Source: Phoronis australis (Eukaryota > Animalia > Phoronida). From it: DNA of 64,000 bases. The stretch lies in contig NMRA01000598.1 of the NCBI GenBank assembly GCA_002633005.1, positions 6,198 to 70,197 of the forward strand. Direction: 5' to 3'. Shown here one piece after another: positions 25,116 to 37,000 of the stretch. The position numbers and the translations under genes are program-made. Positions within the stretch are counted from its first letter, which is position 1, and each line of letters starts with the position of its first letter. The notes under the pieces were generated by a model that did no database searches, was not told the origin of the DNA, and saw only the letters and a list, made by a program, of their open reading frames with translations.

Positions 25116-26045
25116 CTGTGGCCGGTTCGCCCCCACGCTTGCCGACGTACTTGTTTACCAGCTTAACCACAATGCAACATTCTGACAAATTTCCAATATG
25201 GCGGCGTTGCAACTCCGCTATTGTGCGAACCGCGTGGGCATTGGCAAAATAAACACAAAAGAAAACGATTTTGAAAACTTAGAAAGCATTTAAAAAAGAA
25301 TTAAAATTTTTAACTAGTGAAATGTCACAAACAACTTGCATATTGGCCCCAAAACTGCACATAATGCGCTTAAAGAAATATAATGTTTACAGTGATGCAA
25401 ACAAACGATAGGGACATGTCAGTGAAGACAAATTCTCATTTGTTGTTTCAGTCTGATCAACGATAGTGAAGCGTTTACTGAATGTGCATTCAACAATACA
25501 TCGGGTCGCTGCTCATTAACTGTCGTCAGTACCAAACTGTTCTGTGGCTAATTAATTAAATTTCTGAAACATGCTGTTCAAAGGTCACTTATGCCCGTAA
25601 AATGTAAATAGATCCATTCTCGCGAAGTTTTATGTGGGTTTATTCCTCAAACAGGAAAGTCCTGAAGCTAATGAACAGGGCTTCAAAATTAGCCAAACAC
25701 GGAGGTTGACTTGCGGTCATACTGGAGAATGTGAAATTTGGGTCCTAGCCATCCACTAATGTTACCTTTCTGTATGCCGGTGTAAACAACGCTAGCGACG
25801 AAATCAGTATTCCTCATGTAAACAGTGGAGCGATCAAAACAAGACTCAAGTATCTCCAATGGTAACGCAGATGACGTCACTGAGTTTTACAATGACACAT
25901 TGAAACCCCGAAAAAACAGTCCCGTCGTCCAAAGTTGGCACAGAATCAAAGACGCTTTGACAGGAGATGGCAGCAAAAGAGGCAAATGACGAATCTCAAG
26001 GTTACCTTCTCAGCGAAGATGAACAAGAGAAGGTAGGAAACATTT

Positions 26046-26198
26046 CATTATACCATTGTGTCTGTGATTAGTCAGTCCCATTATACGATAGTGTCTGTGA
26101 TTAGTCAGTCCCATTATACCATAGTGTCTGTGATTAGTCAGTCCCATTATACCATTGTGTCTGTGATTAGTCAGTCCCATTATACCATTGTGTCTGTC
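26046..26198. repeat. Tandem repeat, 33 bp x~4.6
   Basis: Unit CATTATACCATTGTGTCTGTGATTAGTCAGTCC. Confidence 0.95.
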
Positions 26199-26612
26199 AT
26201 GCTATGAACATTCCCACTAAATAAGATTGGTTCTATCCCCAGTGGTTAAGGTAAACGGTGGGGTATGGAAAATTGAACTAGACCGTATTTATCCACCTTG
26301 GCTGAGTCGCGCTCGGCTCACGATCAAAGGAATGCCGCCAAGCTGCTCTAGTCATCGAGTCACGAGCGGATATGATCAGCTGATTACAATCTAGCTAGCA
26401 GACTGTACTCTTTATGGAGAGAGTTTTACGTAGTTTTTACTGTAATATTTGAAAAGAGGAGCGAAAACAAATATAAGTACAACTTTGAATTTCTCAAATC
26501 GGCCCAGGATAAGAGATTTTGCAACACAGCAACACTCACGATTACTTTCATTCGGCGCGCACTTATACAAAAATATAGGACCCAAGTTATTTAGATTTTG
26601 TAACATATGCAT

Positions 26613-27484
26613 ATAGATTATTACATGGCGAAGTCGTTATCCCCCGTTATCTAGAGCCCGAGTGGATTTTGGAGAATTATCGCCCGAGGGGCGTAAGCCC
26701 CGAGGGTGATAATTCTACAAAATCCACGAGGGCTCTAGATAAGGGGATAACGGCTGAGAACATGTAATAATCTATTTATACCACATACTAAACGAGAAAC
26801 ATTGCAATGAATCGATTTACCTTTTCTGACTCTCCACGGCTTTGTAACTACTTTCTTTGTCAGAGGACCGGGGTCGGAGGTCGTGACCTTTTAAGAAAAG
26901 CCCGGCTATTTTTGTCAAATAATGCTTTTACTCAAAACCAATTGAAAACTTAAATATTATAGAAATAAATTGAATTTATAAATTAAGGTTTACCAACTAT
27001 TATAGCTCAAAACACGTTTTTTTTTTCACGCTAAGCTTCGACCGGGAAATTATCGTCTGCTAAAGTAGGTTACCACTGGTAACTGAACATAATTCTCAAG
27101 TCAAAGATCCTGACGAGACGATACCCGCATTCAAACTAGAGATCGGTGATTTACAAGTAAGAGGACATGAGAGAAAAATTTCACCGAATTCAGATATCAT
27201 TTTTATGGAAATGATGTCTTATTTTTCGTAGCGTATAAGTACAGTACAATGCGGTTTGTTGAACGTGCGATTATTGCGCGTGCTCGTTTAAGTATTCTAT
27301 TTTCACTTTTGATGACGTCAGTCGCTGCGTGGTGTAGTGGCAAAGTCGGCGATCAGCAATATTAGGGTCCCTGGTTCGACCCCGTCCTCGGTTTCCCGCC
27401 AAATCGTTATCTCACTAGTGAGATAACTTTATGGGTTATTACACGATTGTATCTGCCATTCGACGCTAATATTGTGGTATAAAT
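26613..27484 (+). mobile_element. Hairpin + junction-complement + tRNA-like non-autonomous element (Crypton/DIRS-like architecture)
   Basis: ~160-bp hairpin at 26613-26775; 12-bp inverted repeat ATTTATACCACA (26774) / TGTGGTATAAAT (27473-27484); tRNA-like segment at 27321-27395. Confidence 0.7.
27321..27395 (+). promoter_or_regulatory. tRNA-derived Pol III internal promoter (A/B boxes); not a canonical tRNA
   Basis: A box TGGTGTAGTGG and B box GGTTCGACCCC at tRNA spacing; the acceptor and anticodon stems pair poorly. Confidence 0.6.
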
Positions 27485-28049
27485 TGCAATATTCAAAATA
27501 CGTTTATTATGAATCTTACAAGCTGTAAAACGACGTTGTTAATTTCATTGTTTTCATTCATTGTCATCCGTCAAATCGGCAACTTCCGAGATGTGATCTG
27601 CGGCGTGCGCGTATGTGTACAAAACACGTGATTGTTATGTTCCTGAAGTACGAAAAATAAGACGGCTTTAACATGCCGTTATTATTGACAGGGACACGAT
27701 AAAACGAATTTGGATTTTGACTATAGTCTTGATACAGCGATCTGACTGACCACTGCGTCAGTGTCTCCGTTAGACCCAGAAATTTCACACAGCCCGGGTA
27801 GTTCATTTCGTCCCCAACATGTAGATCGAGCCTTGGACTATTAATACTCCACGGCAGAGCTATCGACAGTCGGCCTGTGCACACAAAATCTGTGAGTTAA
27901 CTAGCACTCACCTTGCACGTTACAGTCGTTTAAGTGAAAAACAATCTAGTAAACGCCATTTTCTAGCATAATCCTCCGCCTTTTGTAACAAAAAAGTCTA
28001 TCGTCGATGACCCGCACAGGCACGCTCACTCACACTCATGCGCAGACGA

Positions 28050-28703
28050 CCTTCAAAACAAACGTCACGTGACAACAGCATGTGTGTTCATCCAGAGATT
28101 TTTCTCGTGTTGTGGAATACGATGTAGCGCACATTTGGACTTAATCGCAATTAATCTGGGCCCGGTCTCTAATCTTTGTACTCGAAACGAACTCGAAACT
28201 ATTTTTTGGCAATTTCTCTGCTCCTTTTGTGCGAACCTAAGATAATTGGTTATCAGATTGTGCTTGAATACATTATAGTTTATGCATAGGAGTTTCTAGT
28301 TCAACTTTGCCCTTGAAGACCCTTATATTCGTGTTACAAACTTGAGTAAAAACTCGAAATTTCGAGTTCAAACTCGAACTTATTGCTTTAATATTGGGTT
28401 TACAAACTGTNAGATTTTTCTCTTGTTGTGGAGTACGATGTAGCGCACATTTGGACTTAATCGCAATTAATCTGGACTCCACATGAAATTTAAAAATTGT
28501 AAAACATCAGGAAGATTTCAGGTAATTTGTTGAGTCGAAACTACATTTTTATTCAAGAGTACAAATTTTCCTATTGACGATGGCGATTCAGCGGCGACGC
28601 ATCAGTCGGCAAGTTTTCGCCCTGTGATGAGCACAATTTTTTGAAAAATTATCGTAATTTGACAACGGAAGTTCATAGCAATGCACCACAATTTTGTAGA
28701 AAG
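28050..28703 (+). repeat. Dispersed repeat, copy of 24320-24675 (split, with a partial duplication at the N at 28411)
   Basis: Direct similarity to 24320-24675. Confidence 0.7.
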
Positions 28704-29029
28704 ACTGTCATAGGCTAAAATTCGTCACAAAGCGTAAATTTTATGAATCCTAGCTTCCGATTTTACCCATTTGGGAAACCGGCTTTCAACTGCCGTAGGC
28801 TACAATAAGAATCCCCTCCCCGTGAAATGATTTTTTCTAATCGTTTATTAGAGCCAATACAGTATACAGCTTTCCACCAAGGCTAGATGATACTATGACA
28901 CTATTCTTTGTTGCATTAGTAACTGGTCTTGGCTAATATTATCATTTTATGGCCTGGTCATCCATTCAGCCAAAAGTAGTTCCAGAGGTGTCTTATCAGC
29001 CAATTATTCACGCATGCTGACTCACAATA

Positions 29030-29258
29030 GAAGCCTGATAAGAGTGAAGGTGGATAAATGCGGTGTTCCTACAGTTTCTTGTTTTAGTGGATGTGTTCAC
29101 GACATGTAATAATAACCAATCAATATAAAAATAAGTTTAATGTCACTTAGCTCATGTAAATGTTTCCAAATTGAAACATTGAAAGCCTGATAAGAGTGAA
29201 GGTGGATAAATGCGGTGTTCCTACAGTTTCTTGTTTTAGTGGATGTGTTCACGACATG
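29030..29258. repeat. ~75-bp direct duplication
   Basis: AAGCCTGATAAGAGTGAAGG...TTCACGACATG at ~29031 and ~29183. Confidence 0.85.
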
Positions 29259-29369
29259 GCGGCATTGAACAGAGTAAATTAAGTAGTGGTTGACAGATAC
29301 CTTTTTGCACGATTTTTACTGATAGAACATTTGAAGATTTAGATTAAGAAGCACACCTGTGCTTAGCCT

Positions 29370-30474
29370 TAGGCAATGACCATCGCCGCTGTTGACCCGA
29401 ACCAGAGGCGATGCAGCTCCTATAGGCGCTCCATACGCCGGAAGCTTTTCGGCGAATTATGCCTCGCTCTGACTAAACCATCAAAGTCACTTTGTTATAA
29501 CTACCTTTTGCGCATAGAGGAACACCTTAGGAGGTTGTCGATGTGTTTAATTCCTTCCAACTCGAACAAATACTCCCGTTATCAAACTTTTTCTTCGAGC
29601 AGTCCCTATTTCAGTTCCCAAAATTGTGAACTCAACATTTTCACTCAGCGCACGCCAAGAGATTCTTTTAACCAGGCCGAAGGTTAGAAGTTGCAGTCCT
29701 ACCGGCGAACTTTGAAAGCTGAAGTTCCCGCCCTTTGCGTACGTGCTGCCGGGAACCAGCCGTGCATTTGCCGTGTTGTTAAACATTAAAATGTCAAATA
29801 TGTGCACAAAGACTATTAAATGTCATATCAACGGCATTTATTTTTATCAAATACAAACAATAATTCATTGAAATACAACCAGTTTCAAGTAACGCCAATT
29901 AAAGACGAGTATAAATGGTGGCATTTTGGAAACGAACATTTGAATGACAAGACTGCAGTGGCTCACCTTTGGCCTATTTAAAGATTGAGGTCATGAAGTC
30001 ACATCACCTAGCGAGCGCGGTAAAAATTGGAGCGAAATACAATCAGTTTCAAGTAACGCCAATTAAAGACAAGTATAAGTGGTGGCATTTTGGAAACGAA
30101 CATTTGACTGAAAAGACGGCAGTGGCTCACCATTGGCCTATTTAAAGATTGAGGTCATGAAGTCACATCACCTAGCGACCGCGGTAAAAATTGGAGCGTG
30201 CGCAGTATAAAAATGTTGAGTTCACGATTTTGGGAACTGAAATAGGGACTGCTCGAAGAAAAAGTTTGATAACGGGAGTATTTGTTCGAGTTGGAAGGAA
30301 TTAAACACATCAACAACCTCCTAAGGTGTTCCTCCATGCGCAAAAGGTATTTATAACAACGTGACTTTGATGGTTTCGGCAGTGCAAGGCATAATTCGCT
30401 GAAAAGCTTCCGGCGTACAGAGCGCCTCTGCATCGCCTCTGGTTCGGGCCAACAGAGGCGATGGTCATTGCCTA
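29370..30474. mobile_element. Foldback-type non-autonomous DNA transposon with ~280-bp TIRs, TA-flanked
   Basis: TAGGCAATGACCATCGCC...GGCGATGGTCATTGCCTA; arms 29370-29655 and ~30195-30474 are reverse complements; internal tandem duplication at ~29870-30200. Confidence 0.85.
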
Positions 30475-31189
30475 CTCTCTGACTTGTGACTAGTCTTGAT
30501 CTCGGACACCAACTAGCTCTCGGTAAATGCGACCCAATTTCTCAGTAACTTTTTATACTTGTGACGTGTTGGTGAGCCAGTCCGACGGTTTTAAATCACC
30601 TGGGGTATAAAACTAAGCTGAGTTGAGCTGTCTCAAATATGCAATATGAATTCAAGGTTTAAATTTAATATTGACTACTATAACTAAATCAGTTAATGGC
30701 TGCCAGGCAATTACAAGAATTACATCGTCCTGGATGTCGCAGGCATACAGGGGCGATAGTACATCCCCACAAAAAGTTACTCATTTCAATACACAGCAAA
30801 TAAAATCAAATGAACCATACATATAGGAACATGCACAGGCGTCCTCAGCTTCTGATCGTCCCCAATACACTACATATAATACTACAAGGTATGACACTCC
30901 CGACTAGAAATTCCACGGGTGCTTCACTTCAGCCGTCCATAATAAATATAAAACTCAATAAATTTATACAAAACAGAGGTTCAACAAACCATGAAGAATT
31001 GTTCTTTCTCCCAATACCATTCACAGTGTCCTGTTCCGGGGACTTCGTAAGAAATTCGCAGTCAAAGAACAAAAATGTTCACAAAAAGCCCCCACACACT
31101 TTCATCGTGGGCCGCTTGAGGTCAAGGATGGTACGGAAATTGCCGGTTTGTCGCGTAAAGTCACGATGTTGATAACTCTACACTTAGCC

Positions 31190-31800
31190 NNNNNNNNNNN
31201 NNNNNNNNNNNNNNNNNNNNNNNNNNNNNNNNNNNNNNNNNNNNNNNNNNNNNNNNNNNNNNNNNNNNNNNNNNNNNNNNNNNNNNNNNNNNNNNNNNNN
31301 NNNNNNNNNNNNNNNNNNNNNNNNNNNNNNNNNNNNNNNNNNNNNNNNNNNNNNNNNNNNNNNNNNNNNNNNNNNNNNNNNNNNNNNNNNNNNNNNNNNN
31401 NNNNNNNNNNNNNNNNNNNNNNNNNNNNNNNNNNNNNNNNNNNNNNNNNNNNNNNNNNNNNNNNNNNNNNNNNNNNNNNNNNNNNNNNNNNNNNNNNNNN
31501 NNNNNNNNNNNNNNNNNNNNNNNNNNNNNNNNNNNNNNNNNNNNNNNNNNNNNNNNNNNNNNNNNNNNNNNNNNNNNNNNNNNNNNNNNNNNNNNNNNNN
31601 NNNNNNNNNNNNNNNNNNNNNNNNNNNNNNNNNNNNNNNNNNNNNNNNNNNNNNNNNNNNNNNNNNNNNNNNNNNNNNNNNNNNNNNNNNNNNNNNNNNN
31701 NNNNNNNNNNNNNNNNNNNNNNNNNNNNNNNNNNNNNNNNNNNNNNNNNNNNNNNNNNNNNNNNNNNNNNNNNNNNNNNNNNNNNNNNNNNNNNNNNNNN
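31190..31800. other. Assembly gap (N run)
   Basis: Run of n. Confidence 1.
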
Positions 31801-33039
31801 CCCGTGGAATTTCTAGTCGGGAGTGTCATACCTTGTAGTATTATATGTAGTGTATTGGGGACGATCAGAAGCTGAGGACGCCTGTGGGAACATGGAGTTA
31901 TAATTAACACATACCATGACTCTGGATACAATTTAGTCAGCAAAACTTGAACAAATTGATGAAAATCTGTTGCAGTTTGCTTGAGTTTCTCTTACTGGGT
32001 GCCATTTTGAGGAAGTTAGGTGAAATCACGCATGTTGACGAACAAAAAGTCCAAGGGACACAGATTTCAACTGATAACTTCTCATACTATTATGCAAGTG
32101 TCACGCGCAAGTGTCGCGCGCTTCGCTCAGTCTCGCGCTAGCCTTTGCCTAACTCACGTGACTCAGTTGACCTACTTAAGGTTATCGCCCGCGTGGTGAA
32201 AATGTTAACGGCAATCAAAAAAGTGGAGTTGGAATTCTTTGCCAAAGTCACCTTAATTCTCACAACTAAACTTCATCAAAGATATGTATAGAAGTAGAAA
32301 AGACCAATGAAGAAAGTAAAATCTTTTTTAGTGATAATTTTAAGTGTGGAATGCATTTTTGACGACGGAGGTGCAAACTCAAAATCGGTGACCGGATTTG
32401 GGTTACCGCCCGTTTAAAATACATGTAACGAAATGTGTACAGAAAGCGAATGGAAGTATTGTAGCCTCTAAATGCCCAACCAAGGGGCGACATGTTGCAT
32501 AAGTTAATGCAGACATGCTTCCACTGAATGAGACTCAACCAAAACCTCTGACAGAGGCTCTGATTGACTATTAGCCACTCGCTAATGGCCAATTGGCTAT
32601 CAGCTGAATGGTTAGCACTGTTGTGTTCCCTGGGAACGGAATCCCACCGCTGCCACCAAAATGTTGTGTGCCGCCCTTACCACGTTATTCTAATATATTA
32701 TATGATTATAAGACAGCTTGCCTAACTGGATATGCTCTGGTCCCAGACACAGTAAAAACACTTGGAGTGATGTGAGATGTGAGTCTGTCTCTTGCGAATC
32801 TCAAGTAGGAAGCCAGTATTTCTAAAACTACTAGAATGGCTTACCTCAGTTCAGCTTCCCTCAGCCCCTCTCAACTATACAAACTACTGTACGCAAGCTA
32901 ATATACGTATACACGTATGTACACAGTGAATATTCCAAGTCACACACACAGCAATAGCACATCTGAATCCCAAGATTTCACGGCAGCAACTCCCTAACTC
33001 TGAACTGCTGCTCTACAGGGATTCTAAAACTCCCGGGAT

Positions 33040-33064
33040 GTGACGTAACTTCTGCGTGACGTCA
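33040..33064. promoter_or_regulatory. Paired CRE/ATF-like sites ~1 kb upstream of the SKA3 ATG
   Basis: GTGACGTAA followed by a perfect TGACGTCA (33057-33064) in a CpG-richer patch; function inferred only. Confidence 0.35.
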
Positions 33065-34085
33065 CTACCATAGATTCGCTGGAGCGCGGTTCACTACAGC
33101 ACGCTTCTTTTTCACGAAACAATCTAGAACCATAACAATACATGTATTCACTGCAGTCCGACACCCATATATAAACAACTACCAGGGCCGGGGGAAGAAT
33201 AATATTCACGAAAGTTTTTATAGTAGCTTATGACTTCTCACCAGCTCACTGAAACTCATGCTTCCAAGGTCAAGTCAACCTCGAGCGTAACTTTACTTTT
33301 CCCTGCTGTTACTGTTTCATATCTGAAAATAAAACTTACATTTGTTTCAATGTAATGTCTTATCGATATTTGACAAACTGTAAGTTGAGTGTGAATTCTA
33401 AGATACTGTCTTCTTCAGTTGGTTTTTAGTATTTGCAATACAGAACTGGCTTGAGTAAGCTGGAACTGATGTTGGAGGTGAGCCGAGAAAAATGCAAAAT
33501 TATGAAATATGAACATTGGCTTGTCCATAAAATTTTTTTTCTACATGGTTAGTATACTTTGGATTTCTTGAATACTCGCGACAGCTTTGATTAGGGATCT
33601 GGAACTGATGCACTGACACTACACTGTGCCATTTCATGGTCATGTCAATTCTGGATCACTTGGCAGATAACTTGTTAGGGGTCAGGCGTTTTAAATCGTG
33701 CTGGCTATAGGACTAGATTCAACCGAATCCTAAATGAACATCAAAAAAAGAACAAAACGTCAAAACAGGCCAAAGTTGATTGACAAGTTGATTTTGCTGG
33801 GTTTGCCACCAACATCCAGATTCTCAATATGTTTTGCTCAAAAATTATCTCCGGCTCCTGAAGGTAACTTTTGATGGTTGACAAATTACCCTCAAGGATT
33901 ATCAGCCCTATACTTGTGGCATACGTTGGTGGTCCAATTAAGTTGTGAGTTATGAGATGCTTATGGGGCTTTTTGTGGATAAGATACTGAAATAAACAAA
34001 AATTTGTTGTTGTTTTCATCACAAATGAGAAATCTACAATGTGTTTGAGAACTATATTCCTTTTTTCATCCAATGCCCATAGGCA

Positions 34086-37000
34086 ATGGCACAGAGCAAC
34101 TGCATATTCAGCCAACTAAAAAGGCTGGCTTCGACGATTGAACGTGAGCGAGAGACCTTACAGTCTGCCCTCCATAATGCTGGCGCTAGTAAGGAGGACC
34201 TGTCTAATGCTGTCATAACAATGAGGGAAATTCAGCAAGATTCAAGGAGGTTAAAGGTGAGTAACAGCCAGTGATGGTCGTCAGCATTTTAAGTTGTGTT
34301 AGGAAGATTTTTTAACTCGAGGCTGTTTGGGGGGAATTGTATGAGAGCTGTTAATGTGGGCACAACACTTACTACACGGATATACTTGGCCACTTGCCCA
34401 GTCACCACTGCGAGTCAAACAGGCACTAGGCAAATAGAAGTGTACTGGCTACTCGCATGGGTGGTAAGCAAATTTTCTAAACTCAGTTGTCCAACTGGCG
34501 ACCAGCCTTTTTACTCCTCGATACATCTCTGATACCATAGAGCGGAAGCTTTGCAATGCCTGAAAAGCTCTTACCATGCACCGCAAATGCCATACCATAC
34601 CATACACAAGAACCCTTATTGTGACAAGAAAATATGGAGATGACTTCATTTGATTTCACACCATTTGCAATGCATTCGTGGGCGTGTTACATTTAAATAT
34701 TAAAAACTTCAAAGTGTCATCTTGCACTCTACAGTAAATGATATTATGAACCTGTAACAATGTAATCTGCAGTAACACTTGCAATGTGCATGTTTTAGTG
34801 TAAAAGCCTTGCGGTGCGTGGTAAACGTTTGGTTGTAGGTCTGCTTCTCATGGTAGGAGTTCTTGCTGTGTTTGTGGTGATTTGTCATGTATGTTCTCAG
34901 TAATTCAGTCGGTCAGTCGACTGTCCAAAATTCATGTTAGTTCACGACTGTGAACTTGTATAAATCATGCTTCGTTACTGTTGTGACTCTAATGGAGGTC
35001 AGTGTATCAGTGCACTTTCTATTGAATTTGACGTGAAAATAATGAAATTAAAGCTTCTGGACCCAAGTTTGCGCAATTAGTCAAATTCAAATTAAATAGA
35101 TTTTTGTATGGGCCAGGCACGCATTTAAACGGATCATGGTCTTTGATACCAGTACAAAAAATTACCAAGTTCACTCACCATCGCATTCGTTCACATTTAA
35201 TTGACATTCCTAGAAGAATCTGCAACACTAGCATTCAAATGCCAATGACCTCTACGTGTTTGCGGAAAAATTCTAAACTTTCTGAAAACTGTTAAAATTT
35301 TGTCTAGCTTGACTGTTCCAAACAATTCGAAGCCAATCAAAAGAAAAAATTTTTCAGAAGGGCATTCAGGAAACGTTCAACTCGTTGAAGGCGGACAAAA
35401 CTTTTGACGAGCTGCTACAGCTGGTGGAGGTGGTAGTTGGCCAGGAGATTGTGCGTGAAGCTGAGGTGGAGAGTTACCTTCAGCACTACGGCTACACTCC
35501 GCATGCTGATTGGCTGGCTGGTAAGGAGCCTAGTGCACAAGAAAATGAGTTACGATGACATGAGATATGCTTTCTTGCTTCACTGTTGTGTCTGGACCAG
35601 CTATAACAATCCAGAACCTCAGAGCTCTCTGGAAGTAGTCAGTGTTGTTGAATATCTTACATACTTGTTTTACATAATCTACAGCTGGAGAAGATTTATT
35701 GTGTAAAGAAATTGATTATTCAATGATTGCAAATTTTTGTCACAGCTCACTTGTACGCCAGCATTGTTTTGATTCATTGTTAAAAGTCCATGTGCTGTAG
35801 TTCACTACCTGTATTGTACACGTTGTGGTGTTTTACAGCTGAACAAGAAAGTAAAAAGAAATCGGTGTCTAAGAAAAAGTCGGACAAAGAAAATGTTCCC
35901 CCTGTGTTATCACCAAATGTCACCAGTAGTGATAGTAAGCTGGACTCAACACTGTATCCTTTCTAATCAGACAGTGTTCGAACTATGTGGTGTTGCGACA
36001 CTTGAATTCTTTGCAGCTAATCTTATTTCATGTCATAGTGTCTGCTCATCATCTCTATGTATGTTTGGGGCCACAATTCGTGTGAGTCTGGTTCGATAAA
36101 CAGTTTTATTGTGAAACATTTTCGTTTATGTTAGTTCTATCTCAGCAGCACTTGTCGTTTAACGGTTTCAAATTTTGATAACCAGTTGGATAGCTGTTGG
36201 TCAGTGAACGAAACTGGTTCTCATGTGTCATTTACCACTGATGTATATTGAGTGTTTGACACAACAGTTCATGAGCACTTGATAAGAATTGCTCTTGTCA
36301 AAGTGCTGAAAAACATCCCTAAGAAGATGATTTGCCAGCATTTCATGCCTGGAACTGTAATAATAATAACAATAACAATAATAACGATAATAATATCAGT
36401 ACTAGCATTTAATCACTGTAGTGCACTGTACAGTAGTTTACACTTTCTAATAAGCCAAACATTGTTGTCCATCTTCCTAAACTTGACCAGTCGCACTCCT
36501 CAGAAGTCGACAAATGCCACTGAAACGGAGCGGACCAAGTCCAACAGGACTCCCACTCTTGCAGACTTTGGCATCAGTGCAGACACAATAGATGCCCTGG
36601 CCAAAGGCAGCACATCACAGATATGCTCAAGGCTACAGATGGATTTCTTAGCACCTGTATCCAGGTACACTGACGTACATTGTCAAACGGTATTTAGTGG
36701 TTGATTGATTGGTTGATTTAACTTCAATTTACTACAAAAGTAATACTATAATACAATACTGATGATCTAAGATTTTGGCCAAGGGTTGTCTTGCAAACAT
36801 CAGAGGTTGCTTGCGTTTTCTTCATTAAAGGTTGTATAGGATCCATGAAAATGGCTAAATTTAGCTAACTTTGGAACAACATATTTTGGAATGGCTAAAT
36901 GAATTCACCATATTAAATTTTCTGATACTATGCTGTGTCCACTGTTCTCCAATGTAGTTGTGAGATTAATCCACATTTACATGTGGGGTGTGGCTACCTG

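Larger units (their letters stand above)
23257..25219 (-). mobile_element. Internally deleted ISL2EU-like DNA transposon with nested insertions
   Basis: TIRs AGCGGAGTTGCAAC / GTTGCAACTCCGCT flanked by AT on both sides; a THAP relic lies next to the right-hand (5') TIR. Confidence 0.65.

Noticed and set aside
24737-25252. 171-aa plus-strand and 117-aa minus-strand ORFs
   Set aside because: They are shadow frames of the THAP pseudogene.
27321-27395. Functional tRNA gene
   Set aside because: A/B boxes are present but the cloverleaf stems do not pair; the same applies to 20710-20790 and 46895-46975.
28096-28476. Repeated AGATTTTTCTC..GGACTTAATCGCAATTAATCTGG segment
   Set aside because: The second copy starts exactly at the N at 28411, so it is probably a haplotype or assembly join.
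30835-31886. Identical ~85-bp inverted repeat around the gap, and long ORFs across it
   Set aside because: It abuts the assembly gap and may be a mis-oriented contig or collapsed repeat, so it cannot be supported as a real structure.
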